Position numbers and translations under genes: made by a program. From Asterias amurensis (lineage: Eukaryota), in contig NC_092652.1 of assembly GCF_032118995.1 (NCBI RefSeq), forward strand, positions 15,638,336 through 15,688,335: DNA of 50,000 nucleotides. The letters run 5' to 3'. The notes under the pieces are model-generated. The model had not been told where the DNA came from. It saw nothing but the letters and a program-made list of their open reading frames with translations, and searched no databases. Shown here in pieces: positions 25,460 through 35,040 of the stretch. Position 1 is the stretch's first letter. Each line of letters begins with the position of its first letter.

Positions 25460-26006
25460 GTAAGTCATCTTTCATCAATTCATGTTCCTTTTGTGTTGGA
25501 AAATGTACAATTAATCAGCTAAAATTTGCATATACTGCAATTGCTATTTCAACCTGTTTGTTTCTGGAAAATGTATTAGGATAAAGCTTATGAAGCACCA
25601 GTGGTTTGTTCTCCTTTATTATTTTTTGTTTTGTCATTTTCTGAATGGGGCCTTTTCCTACTCTAAGAAAAAAGCAGGGCTTCATTTCACAAAGCATTAA
25701 AATTCATTGTAAAGAACAATTGTCGGTGTAACAATAGTGATTTGTATAGTGACATAACACTTTACTTAAAAGCAACTACCATCGATTTTGCAGTTAAGAT
25801 CACTCTAAGCTCTTTTTCGGGTTATGAGTCAGTTTGACACAGGTTTAGGTCAGTTTGGTACAGATTTGGGGTCAAACTGACCCGTACATGGTTCAGACCC
25901 CTGGGGACAATTCTGGCCCAAAGTTTTTAGAGTGATAAGATTCTTTGTTTGTTATACATAAATATGAAATCTTAAAATATCAATATTTTTTTGTACCGTT
26001 TCCTAG

Positions 26007-26105
26007 ACTGGAATTCCTGGTTTCATGCAATCCATGACGGACGCATGTAATGGTTATCCAGAATACCTGGCTAAATTGGAAAGGAGTAAAGGCACGACCA
26101 GTTGA
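26007..26105 (+). CDS. PCTP: PCTP-like terminal coding exon. Translation: TGIPGFMQSMTDACNGYPEYLAKLERSKGTTS, then TGA stop at 26103-26105.
   Basis: Acceptor ccgtttccTAG|ACT. Aligns to PCTP C-terminus 'NGVPNFLKDMARACQNYLKKT*'. The summed CDS is about 217 aa versus 214 aa in human PCTP. Confidence 0.85.
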   Translation, partial: TGIPGFMQSMTDACNGYPEYLAKLERSKGTTS

Positions 26106-26188
26106 TGCTGTTTGTTGGTAGTCGGCAAAATACTTAATCAATTTGCTATTTATATCAGTAGATGCAATACTTGTTTAGCAAATCATGT

Positions 26189-26678
26189 TAAAGGCACTGG
26201 ACACTATTGGTAGTTTAATTCTTATTTGAATACTTATAGTTATTAGCAAGACAGTTCTCTAAAGAACAAACTTTACCTGGCAAGTAGATATACTCATGTG
26301 GTTTCCGTAAAGTAAAAAATACACTGTTTATTGAAAATAGCTGTTGGCATACAAAGTTGCTTGGTAATGAGCAATTGGAGAGCTGTTAATAGTTTAAAAA
26401 ATTGTGAGAAATGGCTCCCTCTAAAGTAACATAGCTTTTGAAAAAGAGGCAATTCTCACTCCAAATTATTAAAATCCCCAGGCCCAAAATGAATTTAAAG
26501 GCATCTGAAAGCACACAAATTTGTGCAACAAGGCTGTTTTTTCTGTCATTATTCTCTTGCAGCTTCGACGACCAATTAAGTCAAAATTTTCACAGATATG
26601 TTGTTTTATGCATATGTTTGGTTACACCAAGTGTGAATTCTGGTCTTTGACAATTACCAATAGTGTCCAGTGCGTTTA
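26189..26678. mobile_element. MITE family A copy of about 490 bp with a roughly 110-bp foreign insert, lying about 85 bp downstream of the PCTP stop codon (probable 3' UTR).
   Basis: TIRs 'AAAGGCACTGGACACTATTGGTAGTTTAATTC' and 'GACAATTACCAATAGTGTCCAGTGCGTTTAAAGG'. The inserted segment 'agacagttctctaaagaacaaactttacctggcaagtagatatactcatgtggtttccgtaaag' recurs at 35815-35930. Confidence 0.75.
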
Positions 26679-27270
26679 AAGGGAAAGTATACATTGGTTT
26701 ATCACTCTTAAAATTAATGGCAATATAAACTTACTTTCGATAATAGCATTTTGAGAATCCTTTCACTCAGAAGTGATGTGATTATGTAAAAAGATATTGG
26801 TTTTTATGCCCCACAATTTGAATCAGAGAAGTGTTACTAACAGTAACGTCTCCCAGATTGTGTACTGTAAAAGTCAACATTTAAGTAAGATTAAAACAAT
26901 CGAACAGTTAAACAAAAACAAGGTACAGTATATATTATGTACTTTGCCGTTTAGGAGCTACTTGGGCCTCTAATTTGTTTGTTTTTTAAACAATGTTATT
27001 ATTGTAAAGTGATAACCATTCCTTTTTCATGGAGATTTTGTTATATATACCCTATACATTTGAACTTTTTAAGATGTCCAATTTCTAAGGATTTGACTAT
27101 TTTATTGGTTCCTGTTGAAATAGTATGTGTGTGTTTTAAGATTGTATTATTTCCAAACATTTAAAATATGCAGAGCGGTAATTTTTGACAGTCAAGGACT
27201 GCTATCTACTTAAAGTGTGTGCACAACATTGGCATGATTGAAAGTCAATTTCCACAGATATGCACATGAC

Positions 27271-27624
27271 TTAAAGCCATTGGACACTTTCGGAACAGGA
27301 AAAAAAGTTCACAGATTTTACAAATAACCTACAGGGTTTGGTATTGGTGAAAGATTTCTCTTGAAACATTCCATGAAATGCTTTACTTTTTCTGAAAACA
27401 TTACAACAATTATCAATTCTCGATATCGAGAATTACAGATTTATTTTAAACACATGTCATGACACGGCGAAACTTCATAAACAAGGGTGGGTTTTCCCGT
27501 TATTTTCTCCCCACTCCGATTGAGCCTAAATTTTCACAGGTTTGTAATTTTATATGTAAGTTGTGATACACGGAGTGTGGGTCTTTGGAAAATACTGTTT
27601 ACCGAAAGTGTCCAATGGCTTAAA
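27271..27624. mobile_element. MITE family B full-length copy.
   Basis: TIRs 'TTAAAGCCATTGGACACTTTCGGAACAGG' and 'CTGTTTACCGAAAGTGTCCAATGGCTTAAAGG'. Same internal core as the other B copies, and shares 'aaattttcacaggtttgtaattttat' with family A. Confidence 0.85.
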
Positions 27625-28020
27625 GGGTCAAACCAAATAACTGATATTTAGTGAATCAGTGGCATTATTTTCAACAGCAATACCATTTTATACAAGATTA
27701 TTGAAGAAATAATTTTTAATTTTACATCAATACTATTGTTCTATATCGATACTTAATTGATAAAACTTTATATAGAGCGGGCTGTATAAGGGCGACTCCT
27801 TTCAAAATCAAACTAAAATAAGTTTTTATACTGTTTTTGAAAAGCTGCCTTATTTACTCCTATATTTCTAGAGTGGGTTTTCCTATACAATTATATGTTT
27901 ATTGTTTGATTTAGTTAACAATATTGTTTATTATATTTATTAGTATAAATGCAAATGTCAGAGAGAAGCATCAATATGGATTTACCTAATTTATTTTAAA
28001 GAACTGCTTTAATACAGTTT

Positions 28021-28188
28021 CCTGGTTCATACTTTATGCGAATGCGAATGTTGACATCAGAAATTTGCAACGAATTATTCGCAGAGTTGAGCTGTGCTCG
28101 ACTCTTGCGAATGTTCACAGCGTAAACAGAGTTGTGATGTCAAATTCACTGGAACTTCGCTTCGCATTCGCAGGAAGTATGAACCAGG
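28021..28188. mobile_element. Small MITE (family G) with 28-bp terminal inverted repeats.
   Basis: Ends 'CCTGGTTCATACTTTATGCGAATGCGAA' and 'TTCGCATTCGCAGGAAGTATGAACCAGG'. Internal second inverted pair 'gagttgagctgtgctcgactcttgcg'. A related terminal fragment lies at 35265-35310 ('ttgcattcacatgaggtatgaaccgggcttcag'). Confidence 0.75.
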
Positions 28189-28567
28189 CTTTCAGCTCAT
28201 ATAAAGGTTCTTCTCTAAGGAGAATGGTACAAATTCAATAAATGGTACAAATTCAATAATTTCCAAATGTTGTGCCTGAAATTCTCAGGGTCACTCTATT
28301 TAAACAAAAGTAAGGCGGTATTGTTTAAATTAAATTTTTACAAGTTACACACAACGTTGTATGTACAAATAATGCGAAACTTTTGAGATGTTGGCAGCTG
28401 CAGACATAACTGTCCTTTTTAATGTCTATAAGTGTGCACGCAGATGCTCACTGTTGTACCCGTACTGGCGAGAACTATTAAAAAGGACCGCCCAAAAGTC
28501 TCCCATCAATTCATGCCCATTGCTATTGGCCATCCACTCAGCTAAGGTGTAAAGTTGGCACGGTAAG

Positions 28568-28775
28568 AACTCAAACTTAAAGTCAGTGGACACTATTGGT
28601 ATTTACTCAACAAAAATGTGAGAAAAGACTCCCTCTGAAGTAACATATAGTTTTTGAGAAAGAAGTAATTTTCCACGAATTTGATTTCGAGACATCGGAA
28701 TTAGATTTTGAGGTCCCGAAATCAAGCATCGGAAAGATACACCAATTGAGAAGACTGTGTCTTCGACAATTATCC
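28568..28775. mobile_element. MITE family A copy, left part, interrupted by the LINE fragment.
   Basis: Begins with TIR 'AAAGTCAGTGGACACTATTGGTA' and carries the internal 'gatttcgagac...gaggtcccgaaatcaagc' palindrome. It ends at 'gacaattatcc', exactly where the LINE-derived sequence begins. Confidence 0.75.
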
Positions 28776-29567
28776 TTGCCAGGAAGAAGTGGAGGAACAG
28801 TTGATAGGAGGAGCAGACGAGTGGCTCCTGTCATGATCGCAGACCTTGATTTTGCAGATGACATTGTTCTGATATTTGATGAGATTGAGCAAGCTCAGCT
28901 GGTTCTGCAAAGAACAGAGACTGAATGTGCCAGAGTGGGGTTATTTCTCAACACCAGGAAGACAAAGTACATGATATTTAACAGACCACTGCCACTCCCT
29001 AAAAGACAACCATCAGTTCAGAGCTGAACTGGGTAACAGATTTCAAATACTTGGGCTCGTGGGTTAATGACACCGAGAAAGATGTGAAATGTCGTATCAC
29101 TCTTGCCTTAAAGAAACTCGACTCCATGAAGAACATTATGGTTAAGTCGGATGTCCCAGTCCCTGAAGGTGAAGTTCTTTACTGCCACTGTGGAATCAGT
29201 ACTGCTGTATGGATGTGAGTCTAGAGAAGAGACTGGACCGCTGCTATACAAGAATGCTTTGTTGTGTTAAACAGATTCATTAACTGGGAGAGGCATGTCA
29301 CAAACCTGGAACTCTATGGTGGACTACCAAAAGTTGGCACCAGGATTAGGGCAAGAAGGCTGAGACTAGCAGGTCACTGTCTCAGACATGCAGAGCTGGC
29401 AGTGAGCTAGCTTGTGCTATGGGCCCCTACTCAAGGTCACTGTTCCTGGGGCAGACCACCTTGTGCAAGGACACCTTGTGCAGGGACTCTAAGACTGTGT
29501 TGGGAAGAGCTGCGTACAGTAATGGAGGACCAATGAATGAATCGCATCGGCTGAATGAATGAATGAA
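28776..29567 (+). mobile_element. 5'-truncated, decayed non-LTR retrotransposon (LINE) fragment covering the 3' part of the reverse-transcriptase ORF plus a (GAATGAAT)n tail.
   Basis: Translations across three frames give 'IADLDFADDIVLIFDE...KTKYMIFNR', 'DFKYLGSWVNDTEKDVKCRITLALKKLDSMKNIM', 'VKFFTATVESVLLYGCES', and 'HVTNLELYGGLPKVGTRIRARRLRLAGHCLRH'. These are FADD/YADD-box and C-terminal RT motifs typical of the CR1/L2/RTE-type LINEs. Multiple frameshifts and stops; microsatellite tail at 29536-29567. Confidence 0.8.
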
Positions 29568-29587
29568 AGGTGTCCAGTGCCTTTAAG
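29568..29587. mobile_element. MITE family A copy, right terminal remnant after the LINE insertion.
   Basis: 'GGTGTCCAGTGCCTTTAAG' is the terminal inverted repeat end, immediately after the LINE microsatellite tail. Confidence 0.65.
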
Positions 29588-29859
29588 ACTGCTTTGTAGA
29601 CAAACTTGTGTTACACTGAAAACATTTGAAAAACTGTTTCTGTCACTTCAAATACTCATTTTTCAGGCAGAAACAATCAACCAGTCACAAAAGAGTATCT
29701 GATACAAAGTGACCGATTTACATTGTATAGCAGAGCAAAAGCAACACCAAATGTTTCAATTGCTACTCAAAAATCAGGATTTGCAACTCAAATTTACAAT
29801 TCAGTATGCTCGAAATTAGCCTTGATCAAGGCGCTACAGCCAGCCGCGATCTGCAAAAT

Positions 29860-30000
29860 CCCAGTCCCCATCACTGAATTCCACCAGTGCACCCCCATAC
29901 ATAACACAGTGCATATAATACGTATACAGCGTATGTACACACATACGTACTGTACATGTACATGTACCATCTGTATACGGTACACTTACGGTACATGGGT
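29860..30000. repeat. Low-complexity (GTA/CATA)-rich simple sequence.
   Basis: 'cataacacagtgcatataatacgtatacagcgtatgtacacacatacgtactgtacatgtacatgtaccatctgtatacggtacacttacggtacatgggtac'. Confidence 0.8.
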
Positions 30001-30954
30001 ACTTCCTAAGTAGCGCCTTGATGGTTTTGTATCTGCCAAAATTTAGGGCGGAGCTCATTATGCTAATGTTTACTAACAACCCGTTCTCATTGGTTGTTGG
30101 TTGACCTATAAACTCTCGATGCGATGTCAATCACAACGTTCTGCAAGCACTCGCACACATGTGCTCGTCGACGTAATTGTAAACAAACCGTGGTTGTAGT
30201 TGCAACGGCGGCGGGCGAGGGAGAAATCCCTACTAGTAAAACAAAACAGTAAGTCGCTGGAAATCAGTGGTGTATAATTTGCAACACAACTACAGAAACT
30301 TTCAACAAAATATAACAACCGCGTTTAATGCATCAATCATGGGTTTAGAAATAGAAGGAAGAAAATTAGAACATGTGAAATGTGTTTGAGAAAGGTTAAA
30401 AAAGTATCCAGGTGTCATGGGTTTCCGGCAAGATGGCTACTTGGTAAGAATTCTTAGGTGTTGGGCATATGACAGTACAACACACCCCATCCCCTTGAAG
30501 CACAAACACAGACCAGATGAGATAAGAAACCCAGCTGTTTATTTTGTCTTAATGTAGACATATATTATTTATTACGTTTCTCGCGGTAAATCAAAGTTGA
30601 GGATCGAAAATATGTGTTGTCGAAAACATACCAGACGGTAGAAGATGGCGTGTGGCTGAACAACAACTACAAGTAAAGTTCACATTCATAAACAAACTCT
30701 TGCCATACTACTAGTACTACACTACAACGTTACACTTATAGTACAGCAGCTTTAAATTCAGGGACAAATCTACCAGCTACGTTGTAATTATGATGCTAGT
30801 CCTCGTGTTATAATGAAACGCAAGACAACGGAAGTTGTTCGAAGTTGTTCAACACCATTACCGACCGGGCGAGTCTTGTCCGGCTCACCCGTCCGGCAGC
30901 GCATTCAGACCCCTTACAATTATAGCTAATATACACGCCACGCTCTCGACACTG

Positions 30955-31250
30955 CTATAAAAAGCACGTATTACAGTACATAGACCTTATCGCAAATACC
31001 AATGCGCAAGCGCAGACTGTTGAATGAGGTGCATTGTGGGATAGATATGAATCCAATTTTGCTACCAGCTAGACCACAATGCACCTAATTCCAAGCTTTA
31101 CGCGCGCGCCCCAGTATTTGCGAAAAGGTCTATGTCCATACAGCTAGCGTACAGCGTACACACACACACACACACGCACGCATGCATGGACGTGGCATGA
31201 TTGCTCGCAGTAATACGTCATTCTCAATCGCGCCTGTGATTGGCCAATGT
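30955..31250. promoter_or_regulatory. Candidate promoter-like segment with a TATA-like box (30955-30964 'TATAAAAAGC'), a palindromic CCAAT/Y-box 'GATTGGCCAAT' (31238-31248), a (CA)n tract, and nested inverted repeats at 30975-31143.
   Basis: The motifs are seen directly and lie in the CpG-richest part of the window (about 30100-31500). The inverted repeats 'catagaccttatcgcaaatac' / 'gtatttgcgaaaaggtctatg' and 'gaggtgcattgtgg' / 'ccacaatgcacctaat' form a stem structure of about 170 bp. No adjoining first exon could be confirmed. Confidence 0.3.
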
Positions 31251-32171
31251 TTAGAATGACACGCCCACATCATGAATACCCTTTTATCGGAATTCCGATA
31301 AAGCTTTACAATCCCATCAAGGCTGTTGTTTGAGCCACGTGTGCGAGGTTGAAAGTAGAAAGACACGACCGTACTCACGACTACGCTATACTGTTCTCGC
31401 TGTACAATGTATGGTAATGTACATTTGTGTATGCACTGCATGCGTGTGCAGCGAACCGGGCCGGGGAACAGTACGTCAACAGCCTTGATCAAGGCTAGCT
31501 CGAAATAAGTTCAGTCTAATATTCTTGGTATGCAAAATTGATGGACGAAATCGTTCCCTGATACATTACATGGTATTTGGACCAGTAACATGTTTGCTTT
31601 TTGCAAGATTTTGTGCTCACGCAAAAAATTATGACCGCAGTTTTTCAGTAAAATGCACCACAAACACATAAGAAATAACTCACTTTGTTCAAAGTTGCAA
31701 GAACTTAAACAGCCAGTGAGTTACCACAAACTGGAGACACAACTTTGTTAAGTATAAATTCATTGCATAATTACCTGGACCCAATTTCCTAGAGCTGCTT
31801 ACGCACAAAAAGTAGCTAAGCACAATAAAATTATGCTTACCAGAAAAAGGTTACCAGCCAAACTGCCATGTTTCATGTAAAATTTGAGACTGGTATCCTG
31901 CTCATTTCTGTTTAGCAGACAATTCCTAAGCAATATTCTCTGCAGCTATGAAATCAGGCCCTTGAGTTATTATTCATCATTAAAAAATCTACCAACACTT
32001 GCTTTGTTTGTTGTAAGCATGAGGCAGTTTAATCCTCCCGTCATCGACAGTAAACTCTGCAACTCTGGGCTGAAGCCTCGCTACAATCTCCTCAACCAAG
32101 AGCCTGCCAATACAGTAAACTTCATCTGTTAAGTCGACATTTCGACTGGTTTTACCCAAACATTTAAATAA

Positions 32172-32336
32172 GGGAATAAAAGAGTGGTGACTCAGCATTC
32201 TTAAACGGTTGTTTCTAACCAGCAGGGTCTTGGCCGTGTGATAAAGGCCCGAGCAGAAACGCCCTTAACCCTGCAATGTTTAAGCGGCCGTTTAAGAACG
32301 AGTCACCACTCTCAAATTTCCATCCATAAATTCCCT
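32172..32336. mobile_element. Foldback or palindromic element (family C), copy 1.
   Basis: 'gggaataaaagagtggtgactcagcattcttaaacggttgtttctaaccagcagggtcttggcc...gccgtttaagaacgagtcaccactctc' is self-complementary end to end. Homologous to 36270-36410. Confidence 0.7.
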
Positions 32337-32809
32337 TTTGTTTAAAAAGCGATTTTTTAAAAACAATCGTAGACAATTGTGACAATCTGCTTGGTGTAAT
32401 GAATTTCTACAAAGATTGTACATTTCAAAAACTTTAAAACATTCTGCTAGGTGTTATGGGTTGTGTGTACACGCATGTACAAATAGATGACGCACTGATA
32501 CTAACTGGTACAATGATTGCGTTCCACGACCCCCAAAATGTGTACCTATGATTGTGGCTTTGCACATTATATACTTGTTTTCTGTCTGAATGAAGCTTGA
32601 CTGGTCTCCACCTAACAAAGCCATCAACATATTCTTCACTCGAATAACTTTGAATTTAGATAAAATTCTAAAGCGGTGTTCCAATGGGATTTTTTTTTTA
32701 TTACTGCGACTTTTCTGTTAGATGACAATTTAATCCAATGGGGACGCATGGGTTACTTACCTCCCTGTCAATTTACCGTGACCGTGATGTAAAACTAACA
32801 GGCCAAACA

Positions 32810-33235
32810 TAAATATCTAATAGATGTTAGGGATAAAGAATATAATTTTTTTTTTTTTACCCATACACCAATGTGTGTTAGCACTCTTACTCAGTATTTT
32901 CCCGAGTCCTATGAACAAATATCACAGGCATATTACTCGGGTGGGATTCGAACCCACGACCCTTGCATTTCTAGAGCAGTGTCTTCCCAACTAGCCTTGC
33001 GAGATTGGCCGGTAGCTAGAGGCAGTTCGAATCCTATGTTTTGGCAGCGGGTACCGCAACGATATATAATAGATGTTAAATTTGCATCGGGATAAAGAAT
33101 ATTAGTTTAGTTTTTTTTTACCCATACACCGATGTGTGTTAGCACTGTATACTCAGTACTTTCCCGAGTCCTGTGAAAAAAATATCACAGGCATATTACT
33201 CGGGTAGGATTCGAACATAAATATCATTAGACTAA
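32810..33235 (-). mobile_element. Tandem duplication (about 250 bp plus about 175 bp) of a minus-strand tRNA-derived SINE-like unit.
   Basis: The unit 'tttttttttacccatacacc(a/g)atgtgtgttagcact...ctcagta(t/c)tttcccgagtcct(a/g)tgaa...atatcacaggcatattactcgggt(g/a)ggattcgaac' is repeated. The reverse complement contains 'gggtcgtgggttcgaatcccaccc', a tRNA T-arm. Confidence 0.65.
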
Positions 33236-33245
33236 ATCAATATCC

Positions 33246-33378
33246 TAAGGCAGGCCGGGTATACTTTTGGTAACAATATTGTCAAAAACCACTATTCTCA
33301 CTGGGTGCATCCCAACAAATGCATAAACAAACCTGTGAAAAATGGGATCAATTAGTCATCGAAGTTCCAAGAAAAAAA
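33246..33378. mobile_element. MITE family A 5' fragment.
   Basis: 'GGCAGGCCGGGTATACTTTTGGTAACAATATTGTCAAAAACCACTATTCTCACTGGGTGCATCCCAACAAATGCATAAACAAACCTGTGAAAAATGGGATCAATTAGTCATCGAAGTTCCAAG' shares the family core 'aaacctgtgaaaa(t)ttgag.tcaattggtcatcgaagtt'. Confidence 0.55.
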
Positions 33379-33519
33379 TTTAAGAACAAAATTAAAATTT
33401 GAAAAATAAAATAAAATAAATCAACCACAATGTTCTTGCATTTGGGAAATAATAGTCAACGACTTGAGTTGATTCTGATCTCTCACATTTTAAAGAACAA
33501 ATGATGCGACTTGTCATGC

Positions 33520-33625
33520 CCAAGCGGTGTAGGTCCCCTGGCAAGCTCTGACGCTGTCAGTATAGCAGGGTGTGGGTTCGAATCCTGGTCATGGCACTTG
33601 TGCCCTTGAGCAAGGCACTATAACC
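33520..33625 (+). mobile_element. tRNA-derived SINE-like fragment.
   Basis: 'ggcaagctctgacgctgtcagtatagcagggtgtgggttcgaatcctggtcatggcacttgtgcccttgagcaaggcactataacc' has a GGTTCGAATCC B-box and the 'gcccttgagcaaggcact' motif common to many metazoan SINE bodies. Confidence 0.6.
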
Positions 33626-33889
33626 AAAATAACTTTGCAAAAAGTTGGGAAGGTTGCATTATGCTCTACCAGACAGGCTCTTACATGTCCTATGTGGATA
33701 ATACCCAGTACTACTTGAAGTCAAGACAGTAATTGTGAAGCGTAGTGTAGTTACATCCAGGGGCGGTATACACATCCTCGATCCCAGTATGTGTGCGTGA
33801 CGGTTGCATGAATGTATAATCGAACGGAACTGTTGGATGAAGGGCAGAATTGTTGGATGAAGGGCAGAATGTGTGTTTGTAACAAATAG

Positions 33890-34060
33890 CCAGCGCCTTA
33901 AACGACTTGCCATCAAGTCTAGGGTTTACCCTGTTTCAGCCCCAGGAATAGGCGGCAATATGCCACTAGTGACAGTTGAGAGTTGAGTTTGGTTGACAGC
34001 CCACATCAGTCTATCCTAGCTCCTCCCGTGAAGTGGCAGTTCCTGGCCTTGAAATAGGCG
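33890..34060. repeat. Interspersed repeat (family E, motif 'ccctgtttcagccccagga').
   Basis: Aligns with 47755-47900. The reverse complement of 49958-49985 ('cctagggctgaaacagggttccccc') is a further partial copy. Confidence 0.6.
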
Positions 34061-34113
34061 ATCTCTTATAAAAAAAAACCCAGAAAACACTACGATACTT
34101 ATTTCAAACATAC

Positions 34114-34295
34114 CTTATTACCGAGTAACAGACAAGGTATTGGACTCATATCTGGCATGAAGACTTTAGAATCTACATCATTCTTCCAAGTGACTACATG
34201 CTGAAATGACTTGATAGACGTGACATCAAACATGATAACACATGCAGATGCTTCCTGGTAATACACTCTCGTTAGATAACTGTTCCTCTCCGTAC
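34114..34295 (-). CDS. RAB29: Rab GTPase coding exon 3. Translation: (G)TERNSYLTRVYYQEASACVIMFDVTSIKSFQHVVTWKNDVDSKVFMPDMSPIPCLLLGNK.
   Basis: Acceptor ttttctactctgaAG|GT and donor AAG|GTATGT. Strong match to RAB29 '(Q)ERFTSMTRLYYRDASACVIMFDVTNATTFSNSQRWKQDLDSKLTLPNGEPVPCLLLANK'. The exon ends just before the expected CD of the NKxD G4 motif; downstream exons were not located. Confidence 0.8.
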
Positions 34296-34359
34296 CTTCA
34301 GAGTAGAAAATATAAAATAACAATAATAACTTCGGAGTAAAGTACACTCGCTTAAGACA

Positions 34360-34557
34360 GGCGCTCCAGAGTCACGCCAAACCATATTTTGAATTTAATA
34401 CATGAAAAGTTTGTTGTCTAAAACAGTTAGGAACGACGGGATGCGCTAGAAGTCGAAAGATTGACTGTTGCAGTCGTTCGGAATGACTCTAGAGAGAGAG
34501 AGCCTTGGTTTTAGACATCGATCTTGTCATGAACCAAACCTTTATGTAAACATTTTG
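34360..34557. repeat. Repeat family F, part 1 (split by a family-A MITE).
   Basis: 'ggcgctccagagtcacgcc...gattgactgttgcagtcgttcgg' matches the reverse complement of 40290-40330 ('ggcgctccagagtcgttccgaccgactgcaacagtcaatc'). Confidence 0.55.
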
Positions 34558-34946
34558 TTAAAGGCAGTGTGATGGACACTATTGGAAATTACTCAAAATA
34601 ATTATTAGCATAAAACCTTACTTGGTAACGAGTAATGGGGAGAGGTTGATCGTATAAAACATTGTGCGAAACGGCTCCCTCTGAAGTGCCAGAGTTTTCG
34701 AGAAAGAAGTAATTTTCCACGAATTTGATTTCGAGACCTCCAGACTTAGAACTTGAGGTCTCGAAATCAACCATCTAAACGCACACAACTTCGAGTGTCA
34801 AGGGTGATTTTTCTTTCATTATTATCTCACAAGTTCGATGTCCGATTGAGCTCATATTTTCACAGGTTTGTTATTTTATACATATGTTGAGATACACCAA
34901 CTGTGAAGGCTAGTCTTTGACAATTACCAATAGTGTCCACTGCCTA
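34558..34946. mobile_element. MITE family A full-length copy, inserted into another repeat (family F).
   Basis: TIRs 'AAAGGCAGTGTGATGGACACTATTGGAAATTACTCAAAATAATTATTAGC' and 'TGACAATTACCAATAGTGTCCACTGCCTAAG'. Palindrome 'gatttcgagacctccagacttagaacttgaggtctcgaaatcaacc'. Family-F sequence resumes on both sides. Confidence 0.85.
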
Positions 34947-35040
34947 AGTTCGCCTGTCTGAAACCAAAAATTGTTTGGGTCGACTTAGAATCGGTACTAT
35001 TCTATTTGGTTCGGCGCGACTCTGGCATGCCCTTTCAAAC
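34947..35040. repeat. Repeat family F, part 2.
   Basis: The reverse complement of 'gttcgcctgtctgaaaccaaaaattgtttgggtcgacttagaatcggtactattctatttggttcggcgcgactctggcatgcc' matches 40140-40250 ('ggcacgccagagtcgcgcagaaccaaatagagtagg...gactctaagtcgacccaaataactttttgtttcagatcacacaggcgaac'). Confidence 0.6.

Noticed and set aside
30427-30443. Micro first exon 'ATGGCTACTTG|GTAAGA' with a Kozak-like context.
   Set aside because: It encodes only 3-4 residues, no downstream partner exon could be identified, and nearby ATGs (30613) hit stops immediately. It is kept only as part of the promoter-region finding.
33400-33480. Possible minus-strand Rab exon 4 candidate 'CERSESTQVVDYYFPNARTLW'.
   Set aside because: It starts with Cys as expected after NK, but lacks the near-invariant GW.ETSAK block. 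It runs into low-complexity sequence and then a MITE fragment, and no clean donor is present. The similarity is too weak to call.
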